IMG/VR virus record: IMGVR_UViG_2713896784_000011
From: a virus
Taxonomy: Duplodnaviria > Heunggongvirae > Uroviricota > Caudoviricetes
Reading direction: 5' to 3' (one strand)
Length of the DNA stretch: 17,524 nt
The notes beneath the pieces are model-generated. The model made no database searches. It was not told the origin of the DNA and saw only the letters and a program-made list of their open reading frames with translations. Shown piece after piece: positions 1 through 7,679 of this stretch; the first letter of the stretch is position 1; the number at the start of each line of letters is the position of its first letter. The translations under genes and the position numbers were made by a program.

Positions 1-395
1 GCCAGATGATAAGCATCCCGGAACAGCGTGTAACAGTCCGTCACCCCGTGCTCAAAGCGCCGCCCGGTGAGATGCGGCACACAGCGGAACTTATGAATCG
101 TCCCCCGGCAGACCAGCCACCACGGCAAATCACTCTGCACCTGCAGCCGCCGGTCGGCCTCACTCAGCCAGGGCAGACCACCGGGGTGGCTGTGGACCAG
201 CGCCACAATCTCACCCTGCATTTCTGCCTGCAGCCAGTCTTCCGGCGACATACGGAAATACGCCTCCGGCTCACCGGAGATATTCACGCAGGGGAAATAT
301 CTTTCCCCCTCCGGCGTGCTTACCACGAAGCCGCACGACTCCGCTGGCGCACATCGCCGGGCGTGCGCCAGAATCGCTGATTCTGTCTGTGTCAT
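1..395 (-). CDS. K: Tail tip assembly protein K, 5'-proximal part only (gene runs off the window start)
   Basis: Minus-strand frame open from ATG at 393-395 to the window edge; translation MTQTESAILAHARRCAPAESCGFVVSTPEGERYFPCVNISGEPEAYFRMSPEDWLQAEMQGEIVALVHSHPGG... matches my recollection of the lambda gpK N-terminus. Absent from the ORF track because no stop lies inside the window. Confidence 0.85.
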   Translation of the reverse strand, partial: MTQTESAILAHARRCAPAESCGFVVSTPEGERYFPCVNISGEPEAYFRMSPEDWLQAEMQGEIVALVHSHPGGLPWLSEADRRLQVQSDLPWWLVCRGTIHKFRCVPHLTGRRFEHGVTDCYTLFRDAYHL

Positions 396-400
396 GGGAT

Positions 401-1099
401 TTACTGCGAAAGTTTGTTAATGGAAAGGAAGCCGCCAAAGTTGCCGACGTTATTGCGGAACTTACAACCGCTCAGGCATTTGCTGCATTTATCCTTCGTG
501 ATATCGGACGTTGGCTGGTCATATTCATCCGCGACCGCCGGACCGTGATAACCGCACTCATCGCCGCGATAGGTCCAGGTGCAGGTGTTGGCCAGCATGA
601 TACGTCCCGGAAAAACAGCGCCGTCCGTTTCCGTCGGCGTGGACAGTACAAAAGAGGCACTCACCGCGCTCAGTTCGCTGCACTGCTCAATGCGCCAGCG
701 GCTGATCACCTCCTGCTCCGGATCGGCGTCGCTGTTTCCGTTGACGAAGTTCACCGCATCCAGAAAACGGGCGTAAACCTTACGCCGGACCACCGTTCCG
801 CCGACCAGACTCTGCAGGTCTTCCGCCATCCCCGTGACCATGCCGTGCAGGTTAGAAACCGTCAGTGTCGGACGGGCAGAACTGCCCTTGCCGTTCAGTT
901 CAAATCCCGTCCCCTGAATGGGGTATGCCTGATACTGCCGCCCCTGCCAGGTAACCGGCTCACCTTTTTCGTTCTGCTCATTACAGAAAAAATAACGTTC
1001 ACCACCGACCTCTGTCAGATCGATTTCCCAGAGCACCGCCTGGGCTGACTGAGTGAGGCGTGTCGTCTCATGATGTGTTTCCTGTGGAATATCCTGCAT
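401..1099 (-). CDS. L: Minor tail protein L (tail tip assembly)
   Basis: 232-aa ORF, ATG at 1097-1099; MQDIPQETHHETTRL...VLWEIDLTEVGGERYFFCNEQNEKGEPVTWQGRQYQ...CSKCLSGCKFRNNVGNFGGFLSINKLSQ closely matches lambda gpL as I recall it, including the C-terminal Cys cluster. Confidence 0.9.
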   Translation of the reverse strand: MQDIPQETHHETTRLTQSAQAVLWEIDLTEVGGERYFFCNEQNEKGEPVTWQGRQYQAYPIQGTGFELNGKGSSARPTLTVSNLHGMVTGMAEDLQSLVGGTVVRRKVYARFLDAVNFVNGNSDADPEQEVISRWRIEQCSELSAVSASFVLSTPTETDGAVFPGRIMLANTCTWTYRGDECGYHGPAVADEYDQPTSDITKDKCSKCLSGCKFRNNVGNFGGFLSINKLSQ

Positions 1100-1108
1100 C
1101 AGAGCCTC

Positions 1109-1438
1109 CTATGCCACGACCTGTTCAAAATCTGCCGTTATGGTTACCCACAGCGCCCCCACGCTTGCCGACCATTTACGACAAACCACCCTGATCGGTT
1201 TCCAGTCATAAGGTGGCGTCCACTGAAATGCACGGACGCCACCGTGCCGTTCCAGAAAGGCTTTTAAAGATGGGTGTTCACATTTACGAACACGTATCGT
1301 CACGCTGTAAGTCGACAACTGGTTATTCAGTCCCGCCGCACGACGCTGTTCATAACCATCGCCCAGCTTCACTGTCACCACTTTCGGCTCTGATACCACA
1401 TTCATATCCGGGCGCACTTTCCAGTGAAACGTCTCCAT
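1109..1438 (-). CDS. M: Minor tail protein M
   Basis: 109-aa ORF METFHWKVRPDMNVV...FEQVVA, same length and pattern as lambda gpM (MKTFRWKV...FEQVVN). Its ATG (1436-1438) overlaps the H stop (TAATG). Confidence 0.9.
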   Translation of the reverse strand: METFHWKVRPDMNVVSEPKVVTVKLGDGYEQRRAAGLNNQLSTYSVTIRVRKCEHPSLKAFLERHGGVRAFQWTPPYDWKPIRVVCRKWSASVGALWVTITADFEQVVA

Positions 1439-4400
1439 TACCGATATGCTCCACTTAACCGACCACCATCACGGGCCTGCTGTTGCATAAAGTCCGCTGC
1501 CGCTTTTTTCCCGAGGTCATAAACCGCCTTCAGGGCAGCCGGACCTATCTGCCCGTTCGTGCCATCGTTATTGATCTCGATGTTGTACTGCGGGGAAAAC
1601 ATCGCCATACCTGAACCCCCAATATCCGCCACAACCCCCAGCTTACCGTCAGCACCACGACGCAATGGCAGAATGGCTTCAGGTCCCGCTTCCCCCATCA
1701 CACCCGCGCCTTTTGCAAAAGCAAAAAACGTCGGACGGTTAACCACCGTGCCACTGTAACGACTCAAATCAGCAGACTGATAAATCCCCCCATTGGCATT
1801 CAGGGAAAGGCTGCTGAGATCAAATCCCAGTACACTGCCAATCCCTTTTATCGATTTCATCATGGTTGCCTGCGCCAGGATTTTCGCCATATCTGACAGC
1901 ACAGAAGAGGTGAAGGATTTGAAATTGAGTTTGCCGGTAGTGACAAAAGTTGCCAGGCCATTTCCCATGTTGCTGAAGGCTGACGAGAACACCTGTTCTG
2001 CTGTTTCTGCCGTATTATCTGCATCCACGGTAAAATCCTGAAATGCACGCAGGACTCCGTTTTTCCAGTTACCCTGTACAACTTCAAGCTGTTGCCAGTA
2101 ACGGCGATTCTCATTCAGTTGTCGGTTCAGGCTCTCCGTCAGCGCCTGCTCGGCCTTTCTGTAGTCATCCGTGTTATATGTCCCTTTCTGCTCACTATCC
2201 CGCCTCAACTGCTCCAGCTGTTGCTGGTATTTCTGGCGAAGACTCAGTTGTACCTGATATCGCTGTCGCTGCTGATCACCCATACCCACCGTGGCGATAT
2301 CCAGGTCATGTTGCTGACGCTGAGCGCGCTCTTCTTCAGCCAGTTGACTGGTCAGCTGAATTGTTTTTTTCTTCAGCTCGTTGAGTGCCGTCTGTTTCTG
2401 AAGCTCCTGCTGTTTTACATCCAGCAGCGTCAGTGCCTGAATCAGTTCATCTTTACGGGCCAGCACACTCTTTTCATCTGCCGTCAGTTTTTTCCCGTCC
2501 AGGTCGCTGATGCGCTGCTGCAGAGCCAGAAGCTGTTTACGCGCTTCTGTCATCCTTTCCGTGGCAATGCCTGCTGACTGTCTGGCAGCAGCAATCTGTC
2601 CTTCCACCTGTGCCTGTTGCTGACTGTACTGCAGCAATAACCGGGTGGCCTCATCATTACGGGTTTCGCGTGTTTTTTTCTTACCGGATGCCAGGGCTTT
2701 CTCGTAACGTTCATTTTCACGTTGTATCGCCGCATCCCTGACAGCCTGATCGGCGTACTGCATGGCATTAATACGCGCTATTTCACGCTGATGTCGTGCT
2801 GCTTCCGTTTCATTCATCCGGTTCAGTGCAGCATTTTCAGCATTACGGCGTTTCTGTTGCTCCTGATAATTCCGCTCTGCCTGCTCTTTTGCATCCTGCA
2901 AATCCTTCTGGCGTTTTTTCTCCTGAAGATCGTTAAGACGCTGCTGATCGTATTCAACCTGAGAAGATGATGCCGTCCAGGGGAGTCTTTTCGCCCGCGA
3001 CACTTTCTCCTGTAAAGCGGCAATCTGTTCATCCAGCGAGTCTTCACGACCAATATTCATGGCCGCATCCCAGAAACGACTCCACAAATCAGACAGATAC
3101 TTCAGCGTACTGCCAAGCGCATTGAGGTTATTATCAATATCCGCAGTACGCCGACCGGTTTCCTCTGCCAGTGCAGACATGGCTATCCGTGCAGCATCAC
3201 TGGACCGCCCCTGCTCCCCAAGGACGCGTATCTGCTCAAGCTGAGTGGCAGTAAGAAAATGCAGCTCATTGTCCAGAGCCTTCGCGGCATTTACAGGATC
3301 ATCCTTCAGCCGCTTAAACTGATTTATGGTATCGCTGACCGACTGGCCAACCGATCGCTCCATCTGTGCGGCAGCTCTCGCCACCATACCGATATCGTTT
3401 CCACGAAATGCACCACTCCCCACCACCTGAGCCAGCGCACCGGCTGCAGCATGTTGCGTGATACCATTCCCGGAAATAGCACGACTGAGCGTCCACAGCT
3501 GCCCGGCAGTGACTCCGGCATAATGCCCCGTCAGCGACAGCTGGCGGTTAAATTCTTCCCCCTCCTTCTGACCGTCATACCAGGCTTTACCCAGACCATA
3601 GACAGCCGCGGCAATACCGCCAATAACCGCTCCTGGCATCATGCCTTTCGGTGACATCAGTGTGTCTATCCACCCGGCACGGTTAGCCAGCGTTATTCCG
3701 GATCCCCTCAGCGCACCTAAATTGCCGCGGGCCAGTTCACCTATCAGAACGCCTATCTCCTGACGGGCTGCTGCACTTTTCAGACCCAGCGAATGCGTGG
3801 CTTTTCCTGCCTGCTCCATTTTGCGGATATACACTTCTGCAGCACTGCTTACCCCCAGCTGGGCAGCCTTAGCACGAAGCAACTCAGAAGAAGAAAGATT
3901 CTGGCGGGTTGCCTGCTCTTTAAGCTGACGGATAAACGCCACTTTCTGTCGGGTAGCCTCTTCCTCAGCCTGTGTAAGAACACGGGTTTTCGCCGTAACC
4001 TCAGAAATCAGCGCCAGATAATCCTGCTGACCAATCCCGCCACTGTTTCTGGCCTGTCGGATCTGTTGCTGAATACGCTGTAATTCCTGCAGCCCCGCAC
4101 CGGCCTGTTTCACACTGTCAATCTGACGATAAAACGCAGCAGCCGCTTTATCCTGAGCCTCCGCCAGAGCCATGGCCTGCGCCTGTTCCTCGCGCATTTT
4201 CTGGCTCAGTGCCTCCATACGCTGGCGGGTTTGCTCCACCTCGCGGGCCATGCGTTCATGAGCCTGTGCGCTCTTCTCCACCGTCTGCGCATGGACGGAT
4301 GCGGCTGTTGCAGCCGAAGAAGCCGCCTGCATTGTCTGCCGGGCGGCCTGAGTCTGACGCTCCATAAAACGCTGCATACGGGCAGAAGACCGTTCTGCAT

Positions 4401-4503
4401 CGCTGGCTGCACCATTCAGAAGGTTTTTGATACGGGGAATTTCATTTTTAAACTCTGCCGCATCAATCCCCAAATCAATGACCAGGTTGGCTATCTGGTC
4501 CAT
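1438..4503 (-). CDS. H: Tail tape measure protein (gpH-like), about 1021 aa
   Basis: Long ORF. The ORF-track N-terminus is a TTG extension; the likely true start is ATG 4501-4503 (MDQIANLVIDLGIDAAEF), preceded by GGAGG 8 nt upstream. Has a long Q/A/E/R-rich coiled-coil middle and a lambda gpH-like C-terminus (INNDGTNGQIGPAALKAVYD). Confidence 0.9.
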   Translation of the reverse strand: MDQIANLVIDLGIDAAEFKNEIPRIKNLLNGAASDAERSSARMQRFMERQTQAARQTMQAASSAATAASVHAQTVEKSAQAHERMAREVEQTRQRMEALSQKMREEQAQAMALAEAQDKAAAAFYRQIDSVKQAGAGLQELQRIQQQIRQARNSGGIGQQDYLALISEVTAKTRVLTQAEEEATRQKVAFIRQLKEQATRQNLSSSELLRAKAAQLGVSSAAEVYIRKMEQAGKATHSLGLKSAAARQEIGVLIGELARGNLGALRGSGITLANRAGWIDTLMSPKGMMPGAVIGGIAAAVYGLGKAWYDGQKEGEEFNRQLSLTGHYAGVTAGQLWTLSRAISGNGITQHAAAGALAQVVGSGAFRGNDIGMVARAAAQMERSVGQSVSDTINQFKRLKDDPVNAAKALDNELHFLTATQLEQIRVLGEQGRSSDAARIAMSALAEETGRRTADIDNNLNALGSTLKYLSDLWSRFWDAAMNIGREDSLDEQIAALQEKVSRAKRLPWTASSSQVEYDQQRLNDLQEKKRQKDLQDAKEQAERNYQEQQKRRNAENAALNRMNETEAARHQREIARINAMQYADQAVRDAAIQRENERYEKALASGKKKTRETRNDEATRLLLQYSQQQAQVEGQIAAARQSAGIATERMTEARKQLLALQQRISDLDGKKLTADEKSVLARKDELIQALTLLDVKQQELQKQTALNELKKKTIQLTSQLAEEERAQRQQHDLDIATVGMGDQQRQRYQVQLSLRQKYQQQLEQLRRDSEQKGTYNTDDYRKAEQALTESLNRQLNENRRYWQQLEVVQGNWKNGVLRAFQDFTVDADNTAETAEQVFSSAFSNMGNGLATFVTTGKLNFKSFTSSVLSDMAKILAQATMMKSIKGIGSVLGFDLSSLSLNANGGIYQSADLSRYSGTVVNRPTFFAFAKGAGVMGEAGPEAILPLRRGADGKLGVVADIGGSGMAMFSPQYNIEINNDGTNGQIGPAALKAVYDLGKKAAADFMQQQARDGGRLSGAYR

Positions 4504-4825
4504 AACGCACACCTCCGGAAATACCTTCCCCAAGATGCATCAGTTCTTCGTCCGTTCGCTCCGGTATCCCGTTCTCTTCCGGTAAAAGGCTGAAATCAGC
4601 CACCGCAGCATCACTGCTACCGGACACCATTCTCACGATCAATGCCTTCAGCGAGGCAAACTGCGCATCCATCCACACATCACTGAAGCTCTGCATCCGG
4701 AAATAATCGCCCCACTCACCAAGCTCAGTGGCCGACATTTCCGACAGCATCCGCCGCCAGTCTGCCCGCCGGAACTCCCGGGCAAGCCGCATGACAAACT
4801 GCATTTCCCGCGTCAGGACTTTTCC
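4475..4825 (-). CDS. T: T portion of the G-T tail assembly chaperone fusion, reached by -1 frameshift from G
   Basis: The -1 frame relative to G is open from just after an in-frame TGA through the end of G and on to 4475. It overlaps the 3' end of G, and the G stop lies 4 nt downstream of the heptamer GGAAAAG (4819-4825, minus strand). Same arrangement as lambda G/GT. Confidence 0.7.
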   Translation of the reverse strand, partial: GKVLTREMQFVMRLAREFRRADWRRMLSEMSATELGEWGDYFRMQSFSDVWMDAQFASLKALIVRMVSGSSDAAVADFSLLPEENGIPERTDEELMHLGEGISGGVRYGPDSQPGH

Positions 4826-5199
4826 GGCGTCAGCACCTCATGCTCCAAATCCCCGGCATTCTCAATGGCTCCCATACCGCTCAGCGACAGAACCATCTCC
4901 GCCCCCGCTCCCAGGGCATCATACGACCATGTTGTAATAACGGATGCGCAAAGCGTCTCAACATCCTGAGACTGTTCCGCATTCCACAGTGAGCGGGAAA
5001 CCAGCCAGGCATTGATATCCATCCCCATCCGCAGAAAAGCAATCTGTCGTTCAGCCTCCGGCAGTTCTCCCTCTTCGGCATCAAACTTTGCCGTTCGCTG
5101 CTGAACAAACGCCAGATATTCAATTCTCTGCAGCCCGGACAGCTCACTGAGCACCACGGACTGCTTTTCATAATTAAACGTGCCCTGTTTCAGAAACAT
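4813..5199 (-). CDS. G: Tail assembly chaperone G
   Basis: ORF track 4813..5241; likely start MFLKQGTFNYEK (ATG 5197-5199, or the adjacent ATG 5200-5202), with GGTGGAG just upstream. Lambda G also begins MFLK. Ends ...DLEHEVLTPEKS. Confidence 0.85.
   Translation of the reverse strand: MFLKQGTFNYEKQSVVLSELSGLQRIEYLAFVQQRTAKFDAEEGELPEAERQIAFLRMGMDINAWLVSRSLWNAEQSQDVETLCASVITTWSYDALGAGAEMVLSLSGMGAIENAGDLEHEVLTPEKS
4819..4825 (-). other. Candidate -1 programmed frameshift heptamer G_GAA_AAG
   Basis: Minus-strand sequence ccG GAA AAG TCC TGA. The A-site Lys codon AAG can re-pair to AAA, and the P-site GAA to GGA with a G-U wobble. Lambda uses G_GGA_AAG at the equivalent place. Confidence 0.55.
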
Positions 5200-5215
5200 C
5201 ATGTTCTCCACCTGC

Positions 5216-5239
5216 AAAAAAGCCCCGGATAACCGGGGC
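5216..5239 (-). terminator. Intrinsic terminator between V and G
   Basis: Minus strand reads GCCCCGG-TTAT-CCGGGGC followed by TTTTTT: a perfect 7-bp GC stem, 4-nt loop and T6. Confidence 0.6.
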
Positions 5240-5259
5240 AAATGATGAGTATCGTCCTG

Positions 5260-6003
5260 TTAACCTGCAGCGCTGACAGTCACCGCAGCCACAGCCACAA
5301 AATTCCCGTCAGCGGTCATGCCCACAATGCTGACGCTGCCCTGCTTCACGCCTTTCACCGTGGCCACAAGTCCGTTCAGGGTCACAGTGGCTGTCTGTGG
5401 ATCTGTCGAATGCACACTGATCGCTTTGTCACTGGCTCCGTCAGGTTTTACTGTAAAGGTCAGCGTGGTGGTTGCTCCCACATTGACACTGGCGGATGCC
5501 GGTGCCACCGTCAGCCCGGTAACGCCCACAGTTTCAGTGCCCTCCTCTGCCAGATATGGACGCCCCACACCGCTGATTTTCACTGTGCGGGTCATCACGT
5601 CTTTTGAGGCAATGGTTTTACCCAGTGAGCTCAGCCAGCCGCGGAAAACATCAACAGTGCCGTTGGGATATTTGATACGAAACGCGCAGACTTCACCGGA
5701 GTCGAACAACTGAACCAGTTTTTTCTGCCCGCTGTCACCCGGACGCCAGGCCAGCGTCGCCGAAGTATCACCAACGGATTTCTGCCCCTGGGTTGTCGTT
5801 TTCCAGTCTGCATCTTCATCATCGAGATAAGTGTCATCTTCTGCATCAGCGGTCATTTCGCCAGGTTGCAGATCCTTCACCATCGCAAGACGCAGCCAGT
5901 CAGTGTCCGACAAAGGGTTCGCAAACGCATCGCCGTTGCCGGTATACATCCAGAACGTCGTCCCCGCACCTTTCGTCTTTGCCAGTGGATTTGGCGTGGT
6001 CAT
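5260..6003 (-). CDS. V: Major tail protein V with C-terminal Ig-like domain
   Basis: Likely start ATG 6001-6003 (MTTPNPLAKTKGAGTTFWMY), with AAGGAGG 6 nt upstream. Strongly lambda gpV-like (YLDDEDADW, PNGTVDVFRGW). The C-terminal about 90 aa is Thr/Val-rich and resembles a Big_2-type Ig domain. Confidence 0.9.
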   Translation of the reverse strand: MTTPNPLAKTKGAGTTFWMYTGNGDAFANPLSDTDWLRLAMVKDLQPGEMTADAEDDTYLDDEDADWKTTTQGQKSVGDTSATLAWRPGDSGQKKLVQLFDSGEVCAFRIKYPNGTVDVFRGWLSSLGKTIASKDVMTRTVKISGVGRPYLAEEGTETVGVTGLTVAPASASVNVGATTTLTFTVKPDGASDKAISVHSTDPQTATVTLNGLVATVKGVKQGSVSIVGMTADGNFVAVAAVTVSAAG

Positions 6004-6013
6004 TACCACCTCC

Positions 6014-6415
6014 TTAATTCGTGTACGTGATCTGGTACGTGATTTCCGCCATCGCCCAGGTGGCCATCTCATTATCACGTTGATAGTTAAAACCGAGTGG
6101 GATCAGGGTGTCGATGAGTCCGGAAAGTGCCGATACATCATTCAGGGCCGGGAAAATGGTGCTCTCCATCCACATATCCAGCTCTGAATCCGGTGCCTGT
6201 GCCCGGATGAAGACAGCAATATGCAGAACAGCCTGCCAGTCATCTTCATCCGTCATTTTTCCGGTGTACTGAGCATCACTCAGCCACACCGCCACGGCAG
6301 GCAGTTCCTGCGCATCAACAAATGCCGGAAGCCCGTCAAAAAACGTGGCGCTGTCTCCACACTGTTCCCGAAGGCGTGCCAGTACGACCTGGCGGATTTG
6401 TGTATGTCGGTTCAT
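6014..6415 (-). CDS. U: Tail terminator protein U
   Basis: Contains ATFFDG...ELPAVAVWL...AQYTGK...SELDMWMES, matching the lambda gpU pattern. Chosen start ATG 6413-6415 overlaps the Z stop (ATGA); an upstream ATG at 6425-6427 is also possible. Confidence 0.85.
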   Translation of the reverse strand: MNRHTQIRQVVLARLREQCGDSATFFDGLPAFVDAQELPAVAVWLSDAQYTGKMTDEDDWQAVLHIAVFIRAQAPDSELDMWMESTIFPALNDVSALSGLIDTLIPLGFNYQRDNEMATWAMAEITYQITYTN

Positions 6416-6990
6416 CGGGTCAGCCATAACCTCAGTTGTTGTTTCAGTGCATACCCCAGCTGTTTCGGCATTTCCGCAGCAATGATGCGGTCGCGGGCAT
6501 CTTCAAATGCCTGTGTCAGCGGTCCGGACAGCGGGATTTTCACCACATCAATGGGGTAACGATTTTTGCCATCAATACGCCGCATCACATGCCAGCGACC
6601 ATTCGCCAGTTGCTGAATAAACGCATCCCGGAAAAGATATTTACCCACCTTCAGCACACTGCCACGGTACTGCAGTTTTCCACCACGCTGGGCCAGTCTG
6701 ACCCGGGCTGTCCCCAGCTTAATGGCGGGCAGATTGCCCCGGTTAACGCGGATCCTGGCCGTCATTTTTCCTGACGGACTGGCTTTAAACACCCGGACAC
6801 GCTGACGAACCAGTTTCAGGGGGATCCCTTTCACCTGGTTATCTCCCGCAACGGTATTCCCGGCAACCTGCCGGGTGGCAACCGAGCCCGCTTTCTGTGC
6901 CACACGGTTTATCGCCCATGCGCTGGCCTGTGGCACCATACGGGTATCAAGGCTGTTCAGATTGCGGATGGCATTCTCAAGCCCCTTCAT
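6412..6990 (-). CDS. Z: Tail completion protein Z
   Basis: 192-aa ORF MKGLENAIRNLNSL..., same size as lambda gpZ, with position and order conserved (between the FII-like gene and U). AGAGGTG lies upstream of the ATG. Confidence 0.8.
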   Translation of the reverse strand: MKGLENAIRNLNSLDTRMVPQASAWAINRVAQKAGSVATRQVAGNTVAGDNQVKGIPLKLVRQRVRVFKASPSGKMTARIRVNRGNLPAIKLGTARVRLAQRGGKLQYRGSVLKVGKYLFRDAFIQQLANGRWHVMRRIDGKNRYPIDVVKIPLSGPLTQAFEDARDRIIAAEMPKQLGYALKQQLRLWLTR

Positions 6991-7001
6991 CCCACACCTC
7001 T

Positions 7002-7277
7002 TTACTCAATAAAGATCATTGGCTTACCGTTAAAGCGTTCATGCCGTGTGACCGTCCATTGTTGTCCGTCATAAACAACGCGATCCCCGCGCCGTGGGCG
7101 GTATCCCGAAGAAAACACCACCAGAGAGACCGCAGGTCCGGACAGAGCATTCAGCTCTGCCAGTGTTTCTCCCGGGATCACAGTCATATCGACATCATTA
7201 ATCGAGGCTGTCTTTCCCATCTTTCTGACCGTGATAGCATCCATACGCGCTGCCAGCCGGGAAAAGGGATCAGACAT
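7002..7277 (-). CDS. Head-tail joining protein, gpFII-like
   Basis: 91-aa ORF with an RRGDRVVYDGQQWTV motif reminiscent of lambda FII (RRGDTLTIGEENFWV). Sits between the head genes and Z. Its start overlaps the stop of the upstream gene. Confidence 0.65.
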   Translation of the reverse strand: MSDPFSRLAARMDAITVRKMGKTASINDVDMTVIPGETLAELNALSGPAVSLVVFSSGYRPRRGDRVVYDGQQWTVTRHERFNGKPMIFIE

Positions 7278-7593
7278 TGAGTTTTACCGGCACTTCTTCT
7301 GCACTGGTTCCGGCATCTGCCCAGACAACCCCGACCAGCGGATCAGAGCCGCTGTTAGTCAGCTGAACTTTTCCTGACTTCAGATAAACCTTCTTACCCG
7401 TTTTCATGTCATCCGTTTTCAGCTTAGGCAGCATAAACACACCTTCGGTCATGCCGTCGCCTGTTTCACCCTGTGGAATATCGGTCAGCGCCACCGCAAA
7501 AACATCGCCCACCTGCACCAGATCTCCGCTGCTGATGGCTGCACTGGCAACAATCGCCACCGTTTTTCCTTCTTCTACAAAATTCTTTGCCAT
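7270..7593 (-). CDS. Small head-associated protein of unknown function (the family often mis-annotated RecA/RadA-like in Gifsy-type prophages)
   Basis: Likely start ATG 7591-7593 (MAKNFVEEGKTV), with GGAGA 7 nt upstream; the ORF-track N-terminus is an extension. Lies immediately downstream of the capsid gene. Confidence 0.65.
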   Translation of the reverse strand: MAKNFVEEGKTVAIVASAAISSGDLVQVGDVFAVALTDIPQGETGDGMTEGVFMLPKLKTDDMKTGKKVYLKSGKVQLTNSGSDPLVGVVWADAGTSAEEVPVKLNV

Positions 7594-7636
7594 AACTGTC
7601 TCCGCACAGCCCCGTTCAGGGGCTGATTTCAGGTAC

Positions 7637-7656
7637 AAAAAAAGCCCTTACGGGCC
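7637..7656 (-). terminator. Intrinsic terminator downstream of the capsid gene
   Basis: Minus strand reads GGCCC-GTAA-GGGC(T) followed by TTTTTTT: a short GC stem with a GNRA-type tetraloop, then a T7 run. Confidence 0.5.
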
Positions 7657-7679
7657 ATCAGAGTTGTTGTCTGCGACGT

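Noticed and set aside
6-1048. Plus-strand ORFs 6..380 and 389..1048
   Set aside because: They lie antisense to the lambda-like K and L genes; K and L give near-perfect known protein sequences on the minus strand, so these are shadow ORFs.
4501-4533. N-terminal extension of the tape measure ORF (MGKVFPEVCV...)
   Set aside because: It begins with TTG and overlaps the T frame. The ATG at 4501-4503 has a GGAGG at proper spacing.
1559-4593. Many plus- and minus-strand ORFs of 60-160 aa inside the tape measure gene
   Set aside because: All are nested within or antisense to the long H frame; their sequences are low-complexity with no start signals.
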